From a virus (taxonomy: Duplodnaviria > Heunggongvirae > Uroviricota > Caudoviricetes), in IMG/VR virus record IMGVR_UViG_3300028602_000006: DNA of 64,000 nt, one strand, 5' to 3'. The stretch's first letter is position 1. Every line of letters starts with the position of its first letter. This document shows positions 58,486 to 64,000 of the stretch, one piece after another. The translations under genes and the position numbers were made by a program. Below the pieces are notes generated by a model that saw only the letters and a list, made by a program, of their open reading frames with translations, was not told the origin of the DNA and made no database searches.

Positions 58486-59085
58486 ATGGTTAAGAAAATA
58501 ATGAAGAAAAGAGGAAGACCGCCAAAGAAAGCTACAGCGCCAAAGAAAGTGTCCAAGAAGAAGTCATCTAGAGCGAAAAAATCTTTCACGGAATGTGTGC
58601 AGGCAGGTAAGAAAGCGCCAAAGAAAGCGGTAGCGCCAAAGAAAGCGGGGAAGAGGGCAAAGAGCAATAAAGATATATTATCTGATAAGCCAAAACTTTC
58701 AAAGCGTCCAAAATGTCCTAGGGGTAATCCGAATTTTATTAAGAAAAGGAAACCCACGGAATGTAATTTAGAGCCATCGCCAACGCTTAAGGTATTTAAG
58801 ATATTGGGATATTGCTCTGGCACTGAATGTAATGGGATAGTAACTACTGGGGATTATGAGGATAAGAAGAAGGGGATAGTTTGTTGTGTTAGTTGTGGGA
58901 AACGTCAAAAAGTTACTAGATTGAGGAAAAACATTAAAAGGGCTGAAAAACCATCAAAAGATTTTTCACGGAATAATAGAAATGATTTAGATGATATTAC
59001 TATTCCTCATGATGGATTACTTAGAGATATTCCAGATATACCTGATGAATTTCGTAATATAAAAATAGGGGAGGAGTGGGATTAA
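58486..59085 (+). CDS. AT-hook / histone H1-like lysine-rich DNA-binding protein with C-terminal zinc-ribbon
   Basis: KRGRPPKK (AT-hook RGRP core). Repeats APKKVSKKK, APKKAVAPKKAGKRAK. C-terminal CxxC...CCVSCGKRQK. Confidence 0.55.
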   Translation: MVKKIMKKRGRPPKKATAPKKVSKKKSSRAKKSFTECVQAGKKAPKKAVAPKKAGKRAKSNKDILSDKPKLSKRPKCPRGNPNFIKKRKPTECNLEPSPTLKVFKILGYCSGTECNGIVTTGDYEDKKKGIVCCVSCGKRQKVTRLRKNIKRAEKPSKDFSRNNRNDLDDITIPHDGLLRDIPDIPDEFRNIKIGEEWD

Positions 59086-59825
59086 TTATGATATGGCAAT
59101 TAACTTATAAGATAAAAACGGTTGATAAAGCGACTTGTAATTGTAATGTTCTTATTGAGACGCATGAGAAAAATAATAGTCAACATGTAACGAATCTTTT
59201 TTGGCATGGGATTGGGGAATATGTTAGTAATATGCGCCTTAAATTGATAGAGATTATTGATATTGAATGTTTAGGGGTAGTAAGCATAAAAGATGTAGAG
59301 TAATAAGTATTTATCTTTAGGAGGTAATTTTGGGGAAAGGAGCATTATTTTTTAAAGTTACGGGATCTAATCCATCTGATTATGCGGTATACAAGATAAT
59401 TAATTCTATTAGCGGGCGGCGTATTTATATATCTGAGGGGGAGACATGGGATAGGGGGAATAGATGGAACAGGCCCGGCAGGAATAATCGATGGCCATTA
59501 ACTTGGTATTATCCTGATCCTCGGAGTCAAAAAATAGAATATTTAAATGATTTTGATATATTGGATTAAATAATATATTGGAATAGAATATTTTTATGGA
59601 TTAAACGTCTTATTTCATTTTAGAATATAATTAATATCTTTGATGGGGGAGTTCTGACTATTATTTCGAATTAATTAAATTTATATTAAATATTTAGCCT
59701 CATTTACTTTAAAAGGGTATTTAACCGTTGACCTCAAACCTACAAAATCCTACAAACAACTAAAAAATACTTTTATTTAAATAGAGGATTTTTCTGTATA
59801 ATATAGAATAAAAGGAGTATGAAAA

Positions 59826-60065
59826 ATGAAATCATCAAAATTTGCAAGGATAATGAAAGATATGGAAAATAAAAATCATAAGGTCGTTAGAGTCTCTAAA
59901 ACAGAATTTGAACTAGATACGGGAGACATTTACCCAATCCCGTTTGATTTGGGATATGAACCAACGCTAGAAGAATTCCAAAAATTTATAAATGATTCCA
60001 AGTCGCTTATATCTGAATTCATTAAAAAGTCAGAAAAGGAGAAGCGAAATGCTAGAAAAAGATAA
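59826..60065 (+). CDS. Hypothetical protein
   Basis: SD AAAGGAGTATGAAAAATG. Confidence 0.4.
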   Translation: MKSSKFARIMKDMENKNHKVVRVSKTEFELDTGDIYPIPFDLGYEPTLEEFQKFINDSKSLISEFIKKSEKEKRNARKR

Positions 60066-60735
60066 ACTCCTTAGTATGGCAGAAACTTGTTCTCTTCTCA
60101 ATGTATCCCAAGAAACCTTAAGGAATTGGGATGCTGATGGAACTCTAAAGCCAGTTAGAACAAAAGGTGGTCATCGTAGGTATAAGCAGAGCGATATTAA
60201 TTCTTACATGGGAATTAAAGAAGAAGAAATCAATAGGAATCTTCTTCCTGTTGCGACTTATGCTAGAGTGAGTAGTCATGAACAGAAACAAAAAGGCGAT
60301 TTAGATAGACAAAGCCAAAGATTGTCTGAATACTGTGCCAAAAAGAAGTATAGAGTTGAACACATTATTAAGGATGTCGGTTCAGGTCTATCGGACACAA
60401 GAAGTGGATTTAATAAATTATTTGACCTTGTAATCCAGAAAAAAGTATCTAAAGTAATTGTAGAGCATAAAGATAGATTGACTCGTTTCCAATTTAATGT
60501 ATTAGTAAGATTTTTTGAGAGTTATGGTGTTGACATAGAGAAGGTTGAGTCTACGTCTTCTAATGATGAAGAGGAATTAGTTCAAGATATTATGATGCTT
60601 ATGGCTGTTTTCTCAGGGCGACTTTACGGCAAAAGGTCAGCAAAACGAAGAAAAGAGAAAAAATTGCAGAAAGAGCTTGACTTACTCAATGGTTCTGGTA
60701 TGATGACGCCAACAGTTGAGAAAGGAATAGAATGA
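60049..60735 (+). CDS. IS607-type serine recombinase (MerR-like HTH + resolvase catalytic domain)
   Basis: N-terminal HTH LSMAETCSLLNVSQETLRNWDADG. Catalytic YARVSSHEQ, DVGSGLSD, RLTR. Start set at the ATG with SD AAAAGGAGAAGCGAAATG. Confidence 0.7.
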   Translation: MLEKDKLLSMAETCSLLNVSQETLRNWDADGTLKPVRTKGGHRRYKQSDINSYMGIKEEEINRNLLPVATYARVSSHEQKQKGDLDRQSQRLSEYCAKKKYRVEHIIKDVGSGLSDTRSGFNKLFDLVIQKKVSKVIVEHKDRLTRFQFNVLVRFFESYGVDIEKVESTSSNDEEELVQDIMMLMAVFSGRLYGKRSAKRRKEKKLQKELDLLNGSGMMTPTVEKGIE

Positions 60736-61424
60736 AAAACGATAACCAATTAGACAATGATATGTTGGCAACTTCGATAACCCATCCAAGAAATATTGCG
60801 GTTAAATGTTGGGATGTGCTTTTAGAGAAGTGTAGTTCATTGTCTTGTTTTGCGTCCAGAATAGAAAAACAGGCTGGAATTATAGAAAAATCAGAAAAAG
60901 TTGATTTCTTTGATAAATATGGCGAGGATGGAGCCAATTCTTTCAAAGGTGATGTAACAGAGGTTTTTGCAGAATATGTCCTTAAAGGATATGGAAGAAC
61001 ATGGGGAATTTATAACTATGTTCCATTCTTTTCTGTTTGTGGGGAAGATCAAGATGTGGGAGTGGACGGAACAGGCAAGACAAAAGACGGAAGAGTTATT
61101 ACGGTTCAGGTTAAATATGGCAACTGGTCAACTGCCCTTGATCATATTAAAAGAAAATTAAGAACCTTCCATTGGACTTCAATTTCGAAATATGGAGTTG
61201 GAACCACAAGTAGAGATCAAATGTTTGTCTTTACCTTGGCTCACGATATAAATTGGATGACTTTAGGTGGACATTTTCATGGGAGATTGAAATTCATAGC
61301 CCAAGAAGAGTCTGGCGGAATTTATCTTCCAAATAACGATCCAACAGAAGTTTGTTCTTTGAAGTCTGTCTGTGGCAATAATCCTACGTTTTGGAAAACA
61401 TTTTGCGAAATGGTGAAATCATGA
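60732..61424 (+). CDS. PD-(D/E)xK-like nuclease domain protein (paralog of the N-terminus of 2421-4619)
   Basis: QDVGVDGTGKTKDGRVITVQVKY parallels DDVGVDGFGAGEDGNPATVQVKY. ATGA overlap with the recombinase gene. Confidence 0.6.
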   Translation: MKNDNQLDNDMLATSITHPRNIAVKCWDVLLEKCSSLSCFASRIEKQAGIIEKSEKVDFFDKYGEDGANSFKGDVTEVFAEYVLKGYGRTWGIYNYVPFFSVCGEDQDVGVDGTGKTKDGRVITVQVKYGNWSTALDHIKRKLRTFHWTSISKYGVGTTSRDQMFVFTLAHDINWMTLGGHFHGRLKFIAQEESGGIYLPNNDPTEVCSLKSVCGNNPTFWKTFCEMVKS

Positions 61425-63781
61425 AAACAAATCATATATTCAAATTCAAAATTCTTAATGGAAGCGTCTCTAATGCTGGTAATTTGATGCCTTCTGATTT
61501 GTCCTTTGACGGATTTGGACAAAATCTTAGGAAACTTTCACTAGAAAGTAAAACTGCTAAAGACTTTATTGAGAGTGGCTTTCAGTCTTTTGTGGAAGCA
61601 TTGATACTTTATTTTGGAGATAAAATCGGTATCAGTGATTACGAAAATATTAATTCGATTAATCATAAATATAAGGCTCATGGTCTTGGCAAGAGAAATG
61701 GCAAGGTTGTAACTGCTTTCTTCGCCTTTAATGGCAAAGAGTTCATGACAGATGGCAACAGTCAACTTACTGAATATTTTTCTCAATCATGCTATCTTGA
61801 CGGATTTGATTTGTCTGCCGATGAAAAGGTATTCAATATATTTTCTGATTCTGTTGCGATTCATGAAAACACTATAAAGAACTTTGTTTTGCCAGAGAAA
61901 ACAAAATTTTATGGAATTAATGAAATCAAGTCTTTGGTTGATGGCAATATCGGTTTCTGGAAGGCATATAGGGAATCTTTGGAAAATGCCGTCAATGAAG
62001 TTTTATCATGTTCAATGGATTTTGTTCCAGACGCATACCAAGTGGAAGCAATAGATAGGCTATTGGCTATTCGTACAACAGAGTTTATTTCTGGTCAAAA
62101 GATGGAAAGCGAAATAATAAATGAAGTTTGTTTAGATAAGCCTCGATTCAAAATCTCCAACAATAAGATAATTACATTCTATAGACATGAAAAATTAATC
62201 ATTGAAATAGATATGTCTCATAAGAGAGCACAGGTAATATGGCCCACTGGAACGGGAAAAAATGAAATTATGATGGAATTTTCAATACGATTGGCTAAAC
62301 TGCTTAGATCGCAAGGGATGTCAGTTAAAATATTATTCATATCTCCTCGTATTAATTTAGGAGTGCAAGGAATTAGAAAAATTGTCAATAGGCTCAAGCA
62401 GTATGATGCTGATAATGAAGTTGAAATAGTTAATTTTTCGTCAGGAGGCTACGATAATGATAGCCTCGCAAAACTTGATTGCAATATTGATGGAGTAACC
62501 AGCACAACGTCGGTGAATGTTCTCAAAGACATTATCAATAGGTCAAATGGTTGTACTTTTGTTTTCTCCACATATAATTCAGTTGATAAGATTATTGATG
62601 CTGGTATTAAATTTGATCTTATAAATTGTGACGAAGCTCATAATATTGTTAAGGGGAAAAGCATTCCGCAAAAAAGTAGAGAGGCTGTTATTTCTGAACA
62701 GGCTAGACGCCTTTCTCCTTTTACTGTATTTTATACTGCCACACAAGCTCTAACTGGGACTCCAGATGCCCCTATAGAAGATGGGAAAGGAATGGATAAC
62801 CCATCATTATTCGGAGAAGTTATTTCCCGAAAGACTCCCAAGGAAATGATAGAATGTGGAAAAATTGTCCGTCCTCTTTTGTGCCATTTGTCGATTACAA
62901 AAGCTATTTTAAGAAAGCACGTTGACATCTCTTCTGCAACGCAGGAAGAAATAACTAAAAATGCGGAACTTAATGCTTATATAATATGGGAATCTTATTT
63001 AGAAATTGAGAGAATCAACCAAAGACATTCCTTAAATAGTGACCAAAATTGCATCAAAATGTTGGTTAAGTGTCCGGGAGGTAAATCATATTCTGAAATA
63101 ATAAAATCAAAAACATTTCAGCAATATAGCAAGAAATTTCCTAGTGTTGGAATATATGGAATTTCTAGCGATTGGGGTAATTGGATAGACGGAATAAGAT
63201 ATGAATCAAATTCTAAATCAGAAAATCTATTCTTAGACACGTTAAGGGACAAAAAATCAGATGAAAAAGCAATCATTCTTCACATAGCGAAAGTAGGTGA
63301 AGGATGGGATGTACCGGGAATTAATGCTATTCTTCCCTTTGGCGACATGAGCGATATTACTTCAAGTCAGGCTTTGGGTAGGGGAATGAGACTTCATCCT
63401 TTTGATAGAGAAAGATTGTCTAAGAGCTTGATAGTCCCTTCGGATTGCTATAAAGGGAAGTTCTATAAGCCATTCTGTTATGTTATTATGCCAAAATATT
63501 GTGGATTTAGCGATATTAACAGAAACAATATTGAGAGAATGGTGGATCAGATTCAGTCCGATATTGGGTATTGTCCTTATGAGATATTCAATGAGGAGAC
63601 CTATGATGGCAAGATGATTACTGTTCCACCGCCTAGAATTGAAAAGACCTATACTGTTCCTGAAGAGATTGAGCATGAATTTAGTATTATTCTTTCAATT
63701 GAGGAAAGAAAAAAGCAAGAAGAGTTTAGGAAACAAGTGGATAGCGAGAAAGAGGCGTTGCGAAAGGAATTTGCGTTATGA
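61391..63781 (+). CDS. SF2 DEAH-type helicase (paralog of the C-terminal part of 2421-4619), Walker A variant GKN
   Basis: WPTGTGKN, NCDEAHN, FYTATQ and GEGWDVPG...QALGRGMR. Overlaps the nuclease-domain ORF by 34 nt in another frame. Confidence 0.65.
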   Translation: MENILRNGEIMKTNHIFKFKILNGSVSNAGNLMPSDLSFDGFGQNLRKLSLESKTAKDFIESGFQSFVEALILYFGDKIGISDYENINSINHKYKAHGLGKRNGKVVTAFFAFNGKEFMTDGNSQLTEYFSQSCYLDGFDLSADEKVFNIFSDSVAIHENTIKNFVLPEKTKFYGINEIKSLVDGNIGFWKAYRESLENAVNEVLSCSMDFVPDAYQVEAIDRLLAIRTTEFISGQKMESEIINEVCLDKPRFKISNNKIITFYRHEKLIIEIDMSHKRAQVIWPTGTGKNEIMMEFSIRLAKLLRSQGMSVKILFISPRINLGVQGIRKIVNRLKQYDADNEVEIVNFSSGGYDNDSLAKLDCNIDGVTSTTSVNVLKDIINRSNGCTFVFSTYNSVDKIIDAGIKFDLINCDEAHNIVKGKSIPQKSREAVISEQARRLSPFTVFYTATQALTGTPDAPIEDGKGMDNPSLFGEVISRKTPKEMIECGKIVRPLLCHLSITKAILRKHVDISSATQEEITKNAELNAYIIWESYLEIERINQRHSLNSDQNCIKMLVKCPGGKSYSEIIKSKTFQQYSKKFPSVGIYGISSDWGNWIDGIRYESNSKSENLFLDTLRDKKSDEKAIILHIAKVGEGWDVPGINAILPFGDMSDITSSQALGRGMRLHPFDRERLSKSLIVPSDCYKGKFYKPFCYVIMPKYCGFSDINRNNIERMVDQIQSDIGYCPYEIFNEETYDGKMITVPPPRIEKTYTVPEEIEHEFSIILSIEERKKQEEFRKQVDSEKEALRKEFAL

Positions 63782-64000
63782 TTCTGTCAGCAAAACAATT
63801 GGCTCTTAGAGAGTATTATCAAGAAGTATTCAAGGAGTGGGAAACTCTTGATAATAACTTGCAGAATGTTTTTACGCCTTATGATCTTTGTGAGAAAATG
63901 ATAGATAAGGTTTGCAAGTATTGTGAACTAAAGGGCAAAAAGATATTGGTTACGAATTTGGAATTTGCTATAGTTCTTGTTGAAAGAGGGATTGATCCTA
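63779..64000 (+). CDS. Methyltransferase paralog (5' part; continues beyond window)
   Basis: LQNVFTPYDLCEKMI...NLEFAIVLVERG parallels LQNVFTPYSLCKDMI...NLEFAEVLMYDYG of 4685. ATGA overlap with the helicase gene. Confidence 0.5.

Noticed and set aside
59992-60048. Upstream start for the serine recombinase.
   Set aside because: The ATG at 60049 has a consensus SD and begins the MerR-like HTH. The extension would overlap the preceding ORF.
1-64000. Alternative genetic code (stop-codon reassignment, as in some megaphages).
   Set aside because: Long ORFs are intact under the standard code and adjacent genes are separated by standard stops. The two split genes are explained by frame changes, not in-frame stops.

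Overview
Gene-dense, low-GC window read as part of a jumbo-phage-like genome (inference). About 90 ORFs sit almost entirely on the + strand with short or overlapping junctions, SD-like sites, a tRNA-like gene, an HNH relic and IS200/IS605-type insertions. Recognisable content from the sequence: a RuvB-like AAA+ ATPase; a restriction-modification-like cassette made of a PD-(D/E)xK nuclease-SF2 helicase gene plus an NPPY N6-adenine methyltransferase, present twice as diverged copies (2.3-6.5 kb and 60.0-64.0 kb); a frameshifted HNH endonuclease relic; an Rnl1-like RNA ligase; a vWA/PP2C phosphatase/Ser-Thr kinase TerY-P-type triad; a PilX-like protein; an NAD+/ADP-ribose theme (PncA-like cysteine hydrolase, glutamine-dependent NadE, a WGR-PARP, a NADAR domain); a lysine 2,3-aminomutase-family radical SAM enzyme next to a GNAT acetyltransferase; a histidine phosphatase; an M16 peptidase; an acyl/peptidyl-carrier-domain protein; a DnaJ-type zinc-finger protein; an AT-hook/H1-like basic protein; an IS607-type serine recombinase; one complete IS200/IS605 element (tnpA+tnpB) and a solo tnpB. 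Non-coding features include several rho-independent terminators, sigma70-like promoters, a recurring TTGACT-N12-TATGAG/T promoter-like motif family, a repeated junction motif around 47.0-47.4 kb and a 32-nt tandem repeat at 57.6 kb. All calls rest on motif recognition by eye; no database searches were run.
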